Origin: an uncultured delta proteobacterium
Lineage (GTDB): Bacteria; Myxococcota; UBA727; VGSZ01
Length of the DNA: 64,000 nucleotides
NCBI GenBank assembly: GCA_963775425.1
Contig: CAVZJB010000011.1
Coordinates: 448,001 to 512,000 of the forward strand
Direction: 5' to 3'
Shown here: piece by piece, positions 52,304-64,000 of the stretch
How the letters are laid out: every line of letters begins with the position of its first letter
How positions within the stretch are numbered: position 1 is the first letter of the stretch
Translations under genes and position numbers: made by a program
Notes under the pieces: model-generated
What the model saw: the letters and a program-made list of their open reading frames with translations, nothing else
The model's database searches: none
What the model was told of the DNA's origin: nothing

Positions 52304-54447
52304 TTCTTGGTCTTCTCGCGCTCCTCCGCCGCTTTCTCGCGGAGGCGCTCGGACAGCTTCTGTTTGTCGACGTCGTCGAGGCTCATGATCATCGTGGCGA
52401 GCCCGGGCCCCGCCTTCCCGCCGTTGCCGGGAGCGGGACCGGAGAACGCGGCCCAGGGCGCGGGCGTGCCCGCGGGCTGCGGCGGCGCTGCCGGCACGTA
52501 CTGCGTCTGCGGCTCCGGCGGCGGCGTGGACGGCGGCGGCGGCGGCGTGGTGAGGATCTCGCGCGAGCGCGGGACGGCGGCGGCGGCGCGGTTGTCCTTG
52601 CGCGGGATGGGCCGCTCGGCGGCGTCGGCCCACTCCCTGGCCAGGTTCCGGGGGCCGAGGGCGCCGGCGTCGTCGACGGAGGCGAAGGCGCCGTGCGTGC
52701 GGTGGAGGACCGCGCGCAGGATGCGCACGGGCTCCGGCTGTCCGCCGCCCAGGACGAGCGGATCGTCGACGAGGGCGGCGTCGGCGTGGACCGGCGCCAT
52801 GTGGGTGACGCCGAGGGCGAGCCGGAAGCCCTCGCCCTTCGCGAGGGCGTCGTCGTCGTCGACGAGGGCGGCGGAGGCGGTGAGGACGGAGGTGCGCGAG
52901 ATGCCCTCGAGCGCCTCGATGGACAGGCCGGCGGCGGCCGCGGCCCCAGTTGCTGTCGCTGTCGCTGTCGGTGTCGGTGTCGCTGGCGCACGCGGCGCCG
53001 CTGCGGGGGCGGACGCGCCCGCGGCCGGAGCGGGCGCGCCGAGGGACGCGACGTCGTCGACGCGCGCCATCGCCTCGGTCACCCGGTGCAGGTGCATGCC
53101 CGCCACGGGCGAGGCGGGCGGGGCCACGCCGGCGATGGCGGCGGGCTCGTCGGGGCGCGCGGCGTCGGTGACGACGCTCGGGACGAGCCGCGTGACGCCG
53201 AGCCCGATGGGCGCGTCCTTGCCGGCGAGGAGCGCCGGCTCGTCGACGTTGGCGGCGGCGGCGGTGCGCGGGCGCAGCGCGATCACCTTGCCGCCGGCGT
53301 TGAGACCCTCGAGGAGATCGACGTCGAGGGGCGCGCCGGGGGCGAGCGCGATGGGCGCCGCCTTCACCGCCGGCATCATCGGGCGCGTCGCGGGCGCCAC
53401 CGGCGGCGGCGCGCCCTTGGCGCGGCTGGCGCCGGTGAAGGAGCAGCCGCAGTGGGGACAGAAGCGGGCCGACGCGAGGCGCGTGGCGCCACAATCGGGA
53501 CAAAAGGGAGCGGCCGCGAGCGCGTCGGGGGTCTTCGCCATCTCGGTCTCCGGGGAGCCACGGTCCTGCGGTGCCCCGGGGTCGGCGCGCCGCGCGGATC
53601 CCGTGGATCGCACGTTCGACGCCCCCCGCGCAACGCCGGGCTGCGTGTCGGACGCAGCCGCGGCGCTCCAGTCCGTCGGATCCGGCGCCGGCGCGGGCCG
53701 CTGATCCGCGTGATCCGCGGGCGGGACCGCCGACAGCGGCATCGACATCGTGGACAGCGGCGGCGCCAGCGCCGTGAAGCTCGGCTCGGGCTCCTCCACC
53801 TCGACGAGGTCCACGATGTCCCCGCCGACCCCGGGGAAGGGCAGGCGGCTGGCCGGCGACAGGACGCCGGTGACGACGGGGATGTCGTCGTCGTCGCCGA
53901 GCGCCTGCGCGGGCGGCTGAGGCTGCGCGGGGGCAGGAGGGGCGAGGTCGAACTCGACGCCGGCGAACTGCACACCCGGCGGCTCCGCCGCCTGCGTCTG
54001 CTGTCGGCTGCGCGCGTGGTAGGCGTTGATGGCGTGATCGACGCCGCTCTCGGTGGCGACGGCGGGCGCCACGCGGTGGCCGGTCTTGAACTTCACCGCC
54101 TCGAGGGCCTCGTGGTTCGTGGGATCGGCCATGGCGACGACGAGGAACGGCACGTTGCCGTCCCACTGCACGTCGGTGGGGAACAGCCCGAAGCGCCGGG
54201 CCATGTCCGCGGGGACGAGGCGCACGATGTCGTCGGCGACGGGCACGGTGAGGTCGGCGAGCGGCAGCCGCAGACGCTCCGCGAGGAAGCGCGCGAGGGC
54301 GTCTTCGCGCAGCACCCCCGCGTTCACGAGCAGGCGTCCGATGCGGCCGCCGTACGCCGCCTGCCTGTGGGAGGCCGCCGCGAGCTGCTCCGAGGAGACC
54401 ATCCCCGCCTCGAGCAGCAGCTCACCGACCGTCCTGCGCGCACCCAT
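52300..54447 (-). CDS. MshEN/GspE-N domain protein with zinc ribbon and long low-complexity region (no ATPase domain)
   Basis: [11 protein letters not shown]...[12 protein letters not shown]; AMADP; CPDC-x10-CPHC. Confidence 0.82.
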   Translation of the reverse strand: MGARRTVGELLLEAGMVSSEQLAAASHRQAAYGGRIGRLLVNAGVLREDALARFLAERLRLPLADLTVPVADDIVRLVPADMARRFGLFPTDVQWDGNVPFLVVAMADPTNHEALEAVKFKTGHRVAPAVATESGVDHAINAYHARSRQQTQAAEPPGVQFAGVEFDLAPPAPAQPQPPAQALGDDDDIPVVTGVLSPASRLPFPGVGGDIVDLVEVEEPEPSFTALAPPLSTMSMPLSAVPPADHADQRPAPAPDPTDWSAAAASDTQPGVARGASNVRSTGSARRADPGAPQDRGSPETEMAKTPDALAAAPFCPDCGATRLASARFCPHCGCSFTGASRAKGAPPPVAPATRPMMPAVKAAPIALAPGAPLDVDLLEGLNAGGKVIALRPRTAAAANVDEPALLAGKDAPIGLGVTRLVPSVVTDAARPDEPAAIAGVAPPASPVAGMHLHRVTEAMARVDDVASLGAPAPAAGASAPAAAPRAPATPTPTATATATGAAAAAGLSIEALEGISRTSVLTASAALVDDDDALAKGEGFRLALGVTHMAPVHADAALVDDPLVLGGGQPEPVRILRAVLHRTHGAFASVDDAGALGPRNLAREWADAAERPIPRKDNRAAAAVPRSREILTTPPPPPSTPPPEPQTQYVPAAPPQPAGTPAPWAAFSGPAPGNGGKAGPGLATMIMSLDDVDKQKLSERLREKAAEEREKTKK

Positions 54448-54502
54448 GGCCGAAGAGTCTCGCACCGCCGCTGTCGACGTGGCCAGCCGCGGCCGTTCCG
54501 GG

Positions 54503-55084
54503 TCAGCCGCGGAACATCCAGGGCACGTGGCCGCGCTCGGCGAGGAGCTCCGCGACCGCCTGAACGCCGCGGCGGTGCTCGTCGATGCGCGCCGCGAGGC
54601 CCGCGGGCGGGGCCGCCGGCGCCGGCGGGGCGGAGGCCGGGGCCGGCGACAGGGCCACGGCCCCGTAGAGCCGGCGGATGGCGACGGCGAGCGCTTGATC
54701 GCCTGCGAGGAAGGCCTCGATGCGGGTGCCGAGCAGGCGCGTCACGTGGTCGAGGGCGACGACGTCGAAGGGGTCGCTCATGGCGAGCTGGATGGCGCGC
54801 CGCTCGGCCACGTAGGCGAGGGGCAGCACGTGGAAGCGCTCGCACGTGGCCTGATCGACGCGCTGTTTGAGCGCGTCGGGCAAGTCGACGATGCCGTCGA
54901 GCTCCGCCTTGGGCAGGCCGAGCTGGCGGCAGAGGGCGAGCACGAGGATGTCCTCGGCGAGGGCGCCCATGCGCACGAGGATCCGGCCCAGGCGCCCGCC
55001 CCAGCGCTGCTGCTCCGCGAGCGCCGCGTTGAGCTGCAGGTCGCTGATGACCCCGGCCCTCAGGAGCATCTCGCCGATGCGCAC
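54503..55084 (-). CDS. Stand-alone MshEN/GspE-N domain protein
   Basis: RIGEMLLRAGVISDLQLNAALAEQ...RLGRILVRMG; AMSDP. Confidence 0.87.
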   Translation of the reverse strand: MRIGEMLLRAGVISDLQLNAALAEQQRWGGRLGRILVRMGALAEDILVLALCRQLGLPKAELDGIVDLPDALKQRVDQATCERFHVLPLAYVAERRAIQLAMSDPFDVVALDHVTRLLGTRIEAFLAGDQALAVAIRRLYGAVALSPAPASAPPAPAAPPAGLAARIDEHRRGVQAVAELLAERGHVPWMFRG

Positions 55085-55115
55085 CCACGAAGAGTAGCCG
55101 AAGCCGCGGGCGGGG

Positions 55116-55943
55116 CTACAGCGGCAGCAGGATGGTGCCCGGGGGCGGCTCGAGGTGAAACGCCTCCGCTGGGAGCGGCGGTCCGTTGAACGTCACGTCG
55201 CTGGCGATGAAGTCGAGCGCCTGCTTGGTGTCGACGACGGTGACCCGCCACGAAAACGGCATCACCGACGTCCCCACGGGCCGCAGGTCGCCGTACGCGA
55301 CCTCGAGCGACGGCAACCCGTCCTTGCGATAGTGCGTCCAGTGCACGATGGCGTCGTCCGCCGCGCGCACCGTGATCTCGAAGGGCGCGTCGCCCTCGGG
55401 CTCGAACCAGACCTCGTACGTGCCCTTCTTCTCGTCGACGCTCATGAGCTTGCCCGGCGTGCGATCGGGCGGGTGCGCGAGGAACACCTCGACGACCTCC
55501 TTGGGCCACAGCGGCAACGGCAGGATCTTCTTGATCGCCTCCTCGGTCACGGGGCCGCGGCGAAACACCGGCTTGCCCGACGTGGCGTCGTAGAGCGTGA
55601 CGACGTCGCCGTCGGTGACGAGGATCTGCTGCGGCTGCTCGAAGAAGGACCGCACCGCCACGCTCAGCATCGCCGGCGGCTGCAGCGCGACGTCGAGGTC
55701 GGCGCTCATGACGGCGCCCTGGAGGCCCGGCAGCTTGGCCTTCACCGTCCCCGCCATCCGCACCCGCCGCGCCGCGGCCTGGTGCACGCGCGCGCTGGCG
55801 ACGGCGTCGGTGAGGTTTGACAAATCCACGCGCGGCACCCGCGGCGGACACCCCGCGACGAGGAGCACGGCGACGCCGGCGACCGCGCCGCGCACCGCGC
55901 CATGGCGCGCCCGAGCTCTTCGTCCGATCGGAGCACCGGTCAT
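55116..55943 (-). CDS. LolB-like/DUF4292-type lipoprotein
   Basis: VAG-C lipobox; beta-rich LolA/LolB-type pattern; directly downstream of a TPR lipoprotein. Confidence 0.65.
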   Translation of the reverse strand: MTGAPIGRRARARHGAVRGAVAGVAVLLVAGCPPRVPRVDLSNLTDAVASARVHQAAARRVRMAGTVKAKLPGLQGAVMSADLDVALQPPAMLSVAVRSFFEQPQQILVTDGDVVTLYDATSGKPVFRRGPVTEEAIKKILPLPLWPKEVVEVFLAHPPDRTPGKLMSVDEKKGTYEVWFEPEGDAPFEITVRAADDAIVHWTHYRKDGLPSLEVAYGDLRPVGTSVMPFSWRVTVVDTKQALDFIASDVTFNGPPLPAEAFHLEPPPGTILLPL

Positions 55944-57820
55944 GCGCCGCCCCCCTTGTTCAGCTTCTTCCACAGCGCCTCCACGCGCGGGCGGACGGGG
56001 TCGTCGTCGTCCAGGACGCCGCGCGCGCGGGCGGCGACGTCGAGGGCCGCGTGGGCGTCGCCTTGCTTGTCGAGCGCGGCGGCGAGGTGAAAGAGGATCT
56101 CGCCCTCCCCGGGAGAGAGCCTGTCGGCGCGGCGTAGGGTCTCCACGGCCTTGTCGACGTCGCCGGCCACGAGCTGGCACCAGCCGAGCGTGTCGACGAC
56201 GTAGCCGTTCAGCGGGTCCTGCACCACGGCGCGCCAGGCGTAGCGGCGCGCGTCCTCGGCGCGCGCGCCGGCCTCGGCCAACGTGAACGCCACGAAGTTG
56301 AGCTGGTCGAGGCCCTTGAGGCCGCGGTCCATGAGGCGCTCGACAATCTCCACCGCGGGCATCGGCTGCTTCTGCCGGTCGAGGTGGCGCGCGAGCGCGA
56401 ACAGCAGATCGGGATCCTTGGGGCGCGCCCGCAGCGCGTCGTCGAGGACGGCGCGCGCGTGCTCGACGTCGCCGAGCTCCTCGTTCATGCGCGCGACGAC
56501 GGAGACGATGTCGGCGTCGCTCGGGTCCGCGGCGAGGGCGGCGGCGGCGTCCGCGAGCGCGTGGTCCTTGTCGACGCCGCCGGCCTTGGCGACGACGGTC
56601 TCCGCTTCCAGCAGCGGCGGCGACGGGCCGAGCGCGGCGATCCGCTTTTCGAGCACCTTGCCGGCGTCGCGGGGCTTGTGCGCCCGCGCCAGCGCGCGCG
56701 CGCAGACGGCGGCGACGACGGCCGACGCGTCGGCGCCCGCGGGCTCGTCGACGGCGGGGCAGGCGGCGGCGACGGCCTTGTCCGCTTCGTGCGCGGCGAG
56801 GCGCAGCCTCCCAATCTCCGCCGCCGCGCGCGCCGACTTGCGCCCCGCGTGCCCCTCGAGCGCTTCGGCGGCGCGGGCGATCTCCCCGGAGCGCTCGTAG
56901 GCGTCGGCGATGAGCAGGCGCATGTCCTCGCTGCCGTTGTCGTCGAGCCACGCCGTGGCGAGCGCGTCGGCCTCGGCGGTGGCGCCGGCGAGCACGTGCG
57001 CGCTCAAGAGGTCGCGGCGCACGTCGCCGCCGTCGCCGGCGGCCGCGGCCAGCGACCTGGCCACGGGGAGCGCCTCGTCGAAGCGGCCGAGGCCCCACAG
57101 GAGCGTCAGCTTCAAGGAGAGCGCGTCGGCGTCGCCGGCGTCGCGGTCGAGCGCGCGCGCGACGTGCTTGAAGGCGCGCTCGACCTGGCCGCGCTCGGCG
57201 AAGGCGCGCGCGAGGGAGATGTAGCCGTCGACGGCGCCGGGCTCCTTGTCCATGAGCGTCTCGATGACGTGCTCGGCCCCGTCGAGGTCGCCGTCGTCGA
57301 CGAGGAGCTCGGCGAGCTGCATGGAGGTGTCGCGGTCGCCCGGGGCGACGGAGAGGGCCTCGCGGTAGGCCTTGCGCGCGGCGTCGTGGTCGCCGGCCAC
57401 GGACCACGAGGCGCCGACGATGCGCCACGCGGGGACGTACTTGCGGTTGATGGCGAGCGCGTCCTGCGCCGACGCCCGCGCCTGCTCGACGTCGCCGGAC
57501 TCGAGGTAGGCCTCGGCGAGCCGCGTGTGCAGGTACGGCGAGCGCGGGTCGTGGATGACGGCCTCGCGCAACAGTTGGATGCCGGCGGGCACGTCGCCCG
57601 TCTGCAGGCGCATCTCGGCCTCGAGGACGGAGCGATAGGCCTCCGCGGAGATCTCGGGATCCGGCGCCGGCGCCTCGTCCTCGCGCGGCGCGGCGGCCGC
57701 CGCCGGCGGCGGCACGGTGAAAGGCGCGGGCGCCTCGCGCACGGCCGGGGACGACGCGCAGGCGCTCACGGCGCAGACGACGCCGGCGACGACCCCCCCG
57801 AAGCCGGCAGGGCGTCGCAC
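55940..57820 (-). CDS. TPR-repeat lipoprotein
   Basis: VSA-C lipobox; multiple TPR-like helices; LNFVAFTLA...DTLGW...EILFHL. Confidence 0.87.
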   Translation of the reverse strand: MRRPAGFGGVVAGVVCAVSACASSPAVREAPAPFTVPPPAAAAAPREDEAPAPDPEISAEAYRSVLEAEMRLQTGDVPAGIQLLREAVIHDPRSPYLHTRLAEAYLESGDVEQARASAQDALAINRKYVPAWRIVGASWSVAGDHDAARKAYREALSVAPGDRDTSMQLAELLVDDGDLDGAEHVIETLMDKEPGAVDGYISLARAFAERGQVERAFKHVARALDRDAGDADALSLKLTLLWGLGRFDEALPVARSLAAAAGDGGDVRRDLLSAHVLAGATAEADALATAWLDDNGSEDMRLLIADAYERSGEIARAAEALEGHAGRKSARAAAEIGRLRLAAHEADKAVAAACPAVDEPAGADASAVVAAVCARALARAHKPRDAGKVLEKRIAALGPSPPLLEAETVVAKAGGVDKDHALADAAAALAADPSDADIVSVVARMNEELGDVEHARAVLDDALRARPKDPDLLFALARHLDRQKQPMPAVEIVERLMDRGLKGLDQLNFVAFTLAEAGARAEDARRYAWRAVVQDPLNGYVVDTLGWCQLVAGDVDKAVETLRRADRLSPGEGEILFHLAAALDKQGDAHAALDVAARARGVLDDDDPVRPRVEALWKKLNKGGGA

Positions 57821-57824
57821 GGGA

Positions 57825-58667
57825 TTACTCGACGTCCTTCAGCACCGCGCGCGCGTCGCGCTTGTCGAACTTCTTCCAGTCGTTCGGCACCGACGAGCGC
57901 TTGGCGTTGAGGCACGCGTTGGCCCACTTCTTCGCCTGCGCCTTGTCGCCCTTGTCCCGATAGAATTCGGCGAGGTTGACCATGGTGGGCGTGAAGTTGG
58001 GATCGTGCTTGAGGATCTCGAGGTACGCCTTCTCGGCGCGATCGTCGCTGCCGCCGGCCACCCACGGCACCTTGTGGTCGATCTCGGCGAGCGTCTGCTT
58101 GGCGTAGCTGTGGTGCGGGTTGAGCTGGAGGGCGCGGCCGAGGCCCTTGCGCAGCTCGGGCAGCATGAACAGCGAGTTCATCACGCCGCGGGTGCGACCG
58201 ATGACGGCGAGGTTGGCCATGTCCCAGAAGATGGCGTCGACGTCGTTCTTGTCGATGGCGATGCCCTTCTTGGCGGCGGCGCGGCCCTTCTCGTAGTCGG
58301 CGATCTTGGTCTTGTCGGCGGTCTCGAGGTCGCCGAGGCGCAGCCACGCCCGCGACTCGTCGGCGTAGCCGGCGGCGCGCGCCTTGGCGGACAAAGAGGC
58401 GTCACCGAGCTTCTTTTCGTACAGATCGATGGCCTTTTTGAGGTTGGCCTTGGTGTTGGCCTGCACCTCGACGAGGTCCTTGGCCTCGGCCAGGGGATCC
58501 GCGGGCGCGGCCGGCGCTGCGTCCGCGGGGGGCGCGTCGGCGGCGGGCGCCGCCGGGGCGGCGGGCGCGGGCGCAGCGGCGGGCGGCGCGTCGGCGCGTG
58601 CGTGCCCCACGGCGAGCGCGGCGCAGGTGAGCAGGGCGAGCGAAGCGGGCTTGACGGACGACGACAT
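57825..58667 (-). CDS. Exported TPR-like protein
   Basis: Signal peptide, PA-rich linker, DAIFW, VPWVAGGS. Confidence 0.75.
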   Translation of the reverse strand: MSSSVKPASLALLTCAALAVGHARADAPPAAAPAPAAPAAPAADAPPADAAPAAPADPLAEAKDLVEVQANTKANLKKAIDLYEKKLGDASLSAKARAAGYADESRAWLRLGDLETADKTKIADYEKGRAAAKKGIAIDKNDVDAIFWDMANLAVIGRTRGVMNSLFMLPELRKGLGRALQLNPHHSYAKQTLAEIDHKVPWVAGGSDDRAEKAYLEILKHDPNFTPTMVNLAEFYRDKGDKAQAKKWANACLNAKRSSVPNDWKKFDKRDARAVLKDVE

Positions 58668-58722
58668 GGGCACCCCGGGGAACGGCGACCGCAGGAGCGG
58701 CCGCCCGAGCAACGGGCGCAGC

Positions 58723-59400
58723 CTAGTGCATCCGGGCGGTCTCCGTCGCGATGCTTTGCAGGAGCAAGGTGGCGAGCGCATCGTTGGCGCACCTGAGACG
58801 ACGGGCGACCGAGCTTTCTTCGAGCGCCCGCTGACGCGCCGCGACGTCCTCGAGGACGGCCGCGCACACGACGTCGGCGAGCACCCGAGGCTCCTGCACC
58901 CGGAGCGGGAGGTCGCCGAGCGTGTCCTTGCTGTCCGGACACGCCTCGAGCAAGCGCGCGTAGCACGAGCGCAGCGCGCGCAGCTCCGCGTGCGCGTCTT
59001 CGCCGTCGTCGCCGCACTCCACGAGCGCGGCGGCGGCGCGGCGATAGAGCTTGCCGTCGGCGGGCAGCTCGTCGACGAGCTCCGCGCGCGCGACGCCCTG
59101 CAGCAGGATGTGGAAGCGACCGTCGGGCAGCCGCTCGTGGTGCACGATGCGGCCGACGCCGGCGACGCGGGCGACGCCGGCGACGGGAGCGTCGAGGCAA
59201 TCGTCGTCGATGCGCACCACCGCGAAGTGCTGGTGTCCCGCGAGCACGTCTTCGGTGAGCGCCCGGTAGCGGGGCTCGAACACGTGAAGCGGCAGCAGCG
59301 TGTGCGGGAAGAAGACCGTGCCGGGGAGCGGGAACAGCGGCAGCTCGCGCAGCGCCGTTTCGAGGTTGCCGTCGAGAGCGAGCGCGGCGCGCCGCTTCAT
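58723..59400 (-). CDS. Lon N-terminal substrate-binding domain protein (no protease/ATPase domain)
   Basis: LPLFPL, LPLHVFEPRY, LPDGRF. Confidence 0.9.
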   Translation of the reverse strand: MKRRAALALDGNLETALRELPLFPLPGTVFFPHTLLPLHVFEPRYRALTEDVLAGHQHFAVVRIDDDCLDAPVAGVARVAGVGRIVHHERLPDGRFHILLQGVARAELVDELPADGKLYRRAAAALVECGDDGEDAHAELRALRSCYARLLEACPDSKDTLGDLPLRVQEPRVLADVVCAAVLEDVAARQRALEESSVARRLRCANDALATLLLQSIATETARMH

Positions 59401-59440
59401 GTGGGGTTCTCAACGACCACGGTTCGCGTAGTCTAGCAAA

Positions 59441-60040
59441 GTGAGCGACGAGCACGAGCACCGTATCGGACTCGAGCCGAGCCGCCCCTTCGACGGGCCC
59501 GCGTTCGAGGAGGCCGTGCGGGCGCTCGTGCGGGCCTGCGGCGTCGACGACGAGCCGCACATGGCGGAGACGGCGTCGCGGGTGCGCGCCCTGTGGGAAA
59601 AGCGACTGCTCGGCGGCTACGGACAGGATCTGGCGCGCGTCCTCGGCGCGGGCTTCGAAGACACGCGCGAAGACCTCGTGGTCATCCGCGGGATCTCGGT
59701 GCACGGCGTCTGCCCCCACCACCTCGTCCCCTTCCGTGGCGTCGCCCACGTCGCGTACGTCCCCGGCGGCCGCCTCCACGGCTTCGGCCGCATCGCGCGC
59801 CTCGTCGACGCCGTCGCCCACCGCTTCACCTACCAGGAGTGGCTCACGCGCGACGTCGCCGACGCCCTCGTCGAGCACGGCAAGGCCAAGGGTGCCGCGT
59901 GCATCGTCGAGGCCGAGCAGCTCTGCCTGCTGCTCGGCGAGGACCGCCGCGGCGAGGAGCGCGTGGTGACGCGCGCCTACGCGGGCGCGTTCGGGACGGA
60001 ATTGCAGGCCGAGCTCCACCGCCTGGTGGATCTGCGATAG
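59441..60040 (+). CDS. folE: GTP cyclohydrolase I-like protein (divergent)
   Basis: ETASRV, CPHHLVPFRGVAHVAYVP, QEWLT, QLC. Confidence 0.78.
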   Translation: MSDEHEHRIGLEPSRPFDGPAFEEAVRALVRACGVDDEPHMAETASRVRALWEKRLLGGYGQDLARVLGAGFEDTREDLVVIRGISVHGVCPHHLVPFRGVAHVAYVPGGRLHGFGRIARLVDAVAHRFTYQEWLTRDVADALVEHGKAKGAACIVEAEQLCLLLGEDRRGEERVVTRAYAGAFGTELQAELHRLVDLR

Positions 60041-60086
60041 ACGGGCCCTGACGCGCCGCGTAACCTCCCGGGACGGGGCGATCCCG

Positions 60087-61834
<1,748 letters not shown>

Positions 61835-61835
<1 letters not shown>

Positions 61836-62446
61836 TGTCGAGCGCCCGCCCCGCGGGCGCGGCGGCAATGGGGGCGCGCGCGGTCGCCGTCGTCGTCCGC
61901 GCCGGTGTCGTCGCCGCCGGTGTCGTGGCCGCCGGCGCCGCCGTCGCATGCACGCCCACGCCCGCGCCCGCGCCCGCGGCGGCGGCCGGCGGCCCGGTGA
62001 GCGACGACGGCGGCGCGGCGCACGACGCGCCGGCGGCGCGCGGGGCCCGCTCGATCAGCGACCGGACGGAGCGGCCGCGCTTGATCGACGCGCCCGCCGG
62101 AGAGGTGACGAGCGTCGTCACCGCGCAGCGGGCGGAGAGCGCGCGCGCGGGGCGGCGCCTGCTGGTGTACGTCGGCGCCACGTGGTGCGAGCCGTGTCAG
62201 CGCTTCCATCAAGCCGTGGCGCGCCACGAGCTCGACGACCTGCTCGCCGGCGTCGACCTCCTCGTGTTCGATCTCGACAAGGACCGCGAGCGGCTCGACG
62301 CCGCCGGCTACGGCTCCCGCTTGATCCCGCTCCTCGTCGTCCCCGACGGCGCCGGCCGCGGCACGGCGCGGCGCATGGAGGGCTCCATCAAGGGCCCCGG
62401 CGCCGTCGACAACATGGCGCCCCGCCTGCGCGCGCTCCTGCGCTGA
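61835..62446 (+). CDS. Thioredoxin-family lipoprotein
   Basis: AVA-C, GATWCEPC, LIPLLVV; start uncertain (61835 or 61868). Confidence 0.8.
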
Positions 62447-62488
62447 CGCGCGCCCGGCCCTTGCGCCGGAAGCGCGCGCCCCGCTACA

Positions 62489-62504
62489 CTGAACAAACGT
62501 TCAG
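62489..62504. promoter_or_regulatory. LexA (SOS) box overlapping the putative dinB promoter
   Basis: Palindrome CTGAAC-aaac-GTTCAG; TTGCGC (62461) and TACACT (62485) promoter-like hexamers. Confidence 0.8.
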
Positions 62505-62521
62505 AATCGGGGGACGGCGCC

Positions 62522-63763
62522 ATGCCCGAGCCACCGCCGGCGCGGATCTGCTGCCTCGACCTCGACACGTTCTTCGTGTCGGTGGAGCGCATCCTGGACC
62601 CGCGCCTCGTGGGGGTGCCGGTCGTCGTGGGCGGGCCGCGCGGCGGCCGCGGCGTGGTGACCGCCGCCAGCTACGAGGTGCGGCCGCACGGTGTCCGCTC
62701 CGGCATCTCGCTCGTCGAAGCCGATCGCCTCGCGCCGCCGGACACCGTCTTCCTGTCGGGCACGCACGGCGTGTACGCCGACTACGCGCAGAAGGTCCGC
62801 CTCATCGCGCAGGACTTCACGCCCGAGAGCCGCGTCGCGAGCATCGACGAGATGTACCTCGACTTTCGCGGCTGCGAGCTGCTCTACCAACGCCCCGGCG
62901 ACGCCGACGGCGACGCCGTCATCGCGCGCGTGTGCCGCGAGATGACCAACCGCATCCGCGACGAGCTCGGCCTGCCGGCGAGCTGCGGCATCGGCTCGAC
63001 GAAGACCATCGCGAAGGTCGCCTCGGGCGTGGCCAAGCCCGCGGGCGTTCGCCTCGTGCGCGCCGGCGAGGAGGCCGCGTTCCTCGCGCCGCTCCCGGTG
63101 CGCAAGCTCCCGGGCATCGGCCCGGTGGCGGAGCGGCACCTCGTCGCCCTGGGCATCGCCACGCTCGGGGCGCTCGCGGCCACGCCGCTCGACGTGCTGC
63201 AGCCGGTCTTCGGCATGCGCGCCAGGGAGCTCCGGGCGCGCGCGCAGGGCTTTGGCAGCGCCGAGCTCGGCCGGGAGCGCCCGCACTTCCGCGAGCACGA
63301 CCCCGAGGGCGAGACGCTCGGCAGCATCTCCAACGAGCGCACCTTCTCCGAGGACCTCCGCGATCCGCGCGACGTGCAAGCGCGCCTGTGCGCGCTGGTC
63401 GAGCGCGTGTGTTGGCGCGCGCGCAAGCGGGGCGTGAAGGGGCGCACCGTCACGCTCAAGCTGCGCTACGCCGACTTCCAGACCCTCACGCGCAGCCGCA
63501 CGTTCGCCGCCGCCACGAATTCCGAGCTCGATGTCCTGCCCGTGCTGCTCGCGCTCTACACGAAGGCGCGGACGCGCGACACGCGGGTGAGGCTCGTGGG
63601 CGTGCAGCTCAGCAACCTGTCGACGCAGGACCCGCAGCTCGCACTGGAGCTCGACGTACAGGAGCGCCTCCACAAGAGCGTCGACTCCATCCGTGACAAG
63701 TACGGCTTCGACGCCGTCGGCGCCGCCGAGGCCCGCAAGCGGCGGCCACGCCGGCCGCGGTGA
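62522..63763 (+). CDS. dinB: DNA polymerase IV (Y family)
   Basis: DLDTFFVSVE, ASYE, SIDEMYLD, AKVAS..AKP, LPGIG, TLKLRY. Confidence 0.95.
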   Translation: MPEPPPARICCLDLDTFFVSVERILDPRLVGVPVVVGGPRGGRGVVTAASYEVRPHGVRSGISLVEADRLAPPDTVFLSGTHGVYADYAQKVRLIAQDFTPESRVASIDEMYLDFRGCELLYQRPGDADGDAVIARVCREMTNRIRDELGLPASCGIGSTKTIAKVASGVAKPAGVRLVRAGEEAAFLAPLPVRKLPGIGPVAERHLVALGIATLGALAATPLDVLQPVFGMRARELRARAQGFGSAELGRERPHFREHDPEGETLGSISNERTFSEDLRDPRDVQARLCALVERVCWRARKRGVKGRTVTLKLRYADFQTLTRSRTFAAATNSELDVLPVLLALYTKARTRDTRVRLVGVQLSNLSTQDPQLALELDVQERLHKSVDSIRDKYGFDAVGAAEARKRRPRRPR

Positions 63764-63856
63764 TCGCGCCGGCGCGCTCCTGGGGCTCGCTCGCGGCCGC
63801 GCCGCCGGGGTCCCCGACACGCCAGCGGCGCGGAGGACGCGGCGTTAGGCTTGGGG

Positions 63857-64000
63857 ATGCTCGACGTGATCGTCGTCGGCGCGGGCGTCGCCGGGCTCGC
63901 GTGCGCGCAGGCGCTGGTGCGGGGCGGGGCGAACGTGCGTGTGCTCGAGGCCCGTGATCGCATCGGCGGTCGCGTGTGGACCGCGCACGACGACGCGCTC
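63857..64000 (+). CDS. Flavin-containing amine oxidase family protein (5' part, truncated by window)
   Basis: [17 protein letters not shown]...[14 protein letters not shown]. Confidence 0.85.
   Translation, partial: MLDVIVVGAGVAGLACAQALVRGGANVRVLEARDRIGGRVWTAHDDAL

Overview
Very GC-rich bacterial chromosomal segment. Gene content (eukaryotic-type Ser/Thr kinases, Myxococcales Cys-rich repeat, FHA-CpaF fusion, MshEN proteins, many lipoproteins) points to a Myxococcota/Deltaproteobacteria-like organism (inference). It is mostly core or housekeeping DNA: rpsF-rplI, CIRCE-controlled groES-groEL, fabH, dapD, fetAB, eat, a BamA/TamA protein, thiS/thiG/thiC/thiE, mrp, oppDF, a folE-like gene and SOS-boxed dinB. 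I saw no rRNA, tRNA, CRISPR array, integrase or transposase. The standout is absent from the ORF track because it runs off the left edge: a minus-strand lipoprotein multiheme cytochrome c of >1495 aa with about 35 CxxCH motifs and a clear ~1060-aa/24-heme internal repeat. Other points of note are an FHA-CpaF/TadA protein with degenerate ATPase motifs, an rpsF-rplI pair lacking rpsR, two ATPase-less MshEN proteins coupled to orphan oppDF, (Gly-Glu)n stalks in three unrelated lipoproteins, a frameshifted DUF1684 gene and several structured intergenic elements. All family calls come from motif recognition by eye; no database searches were run.
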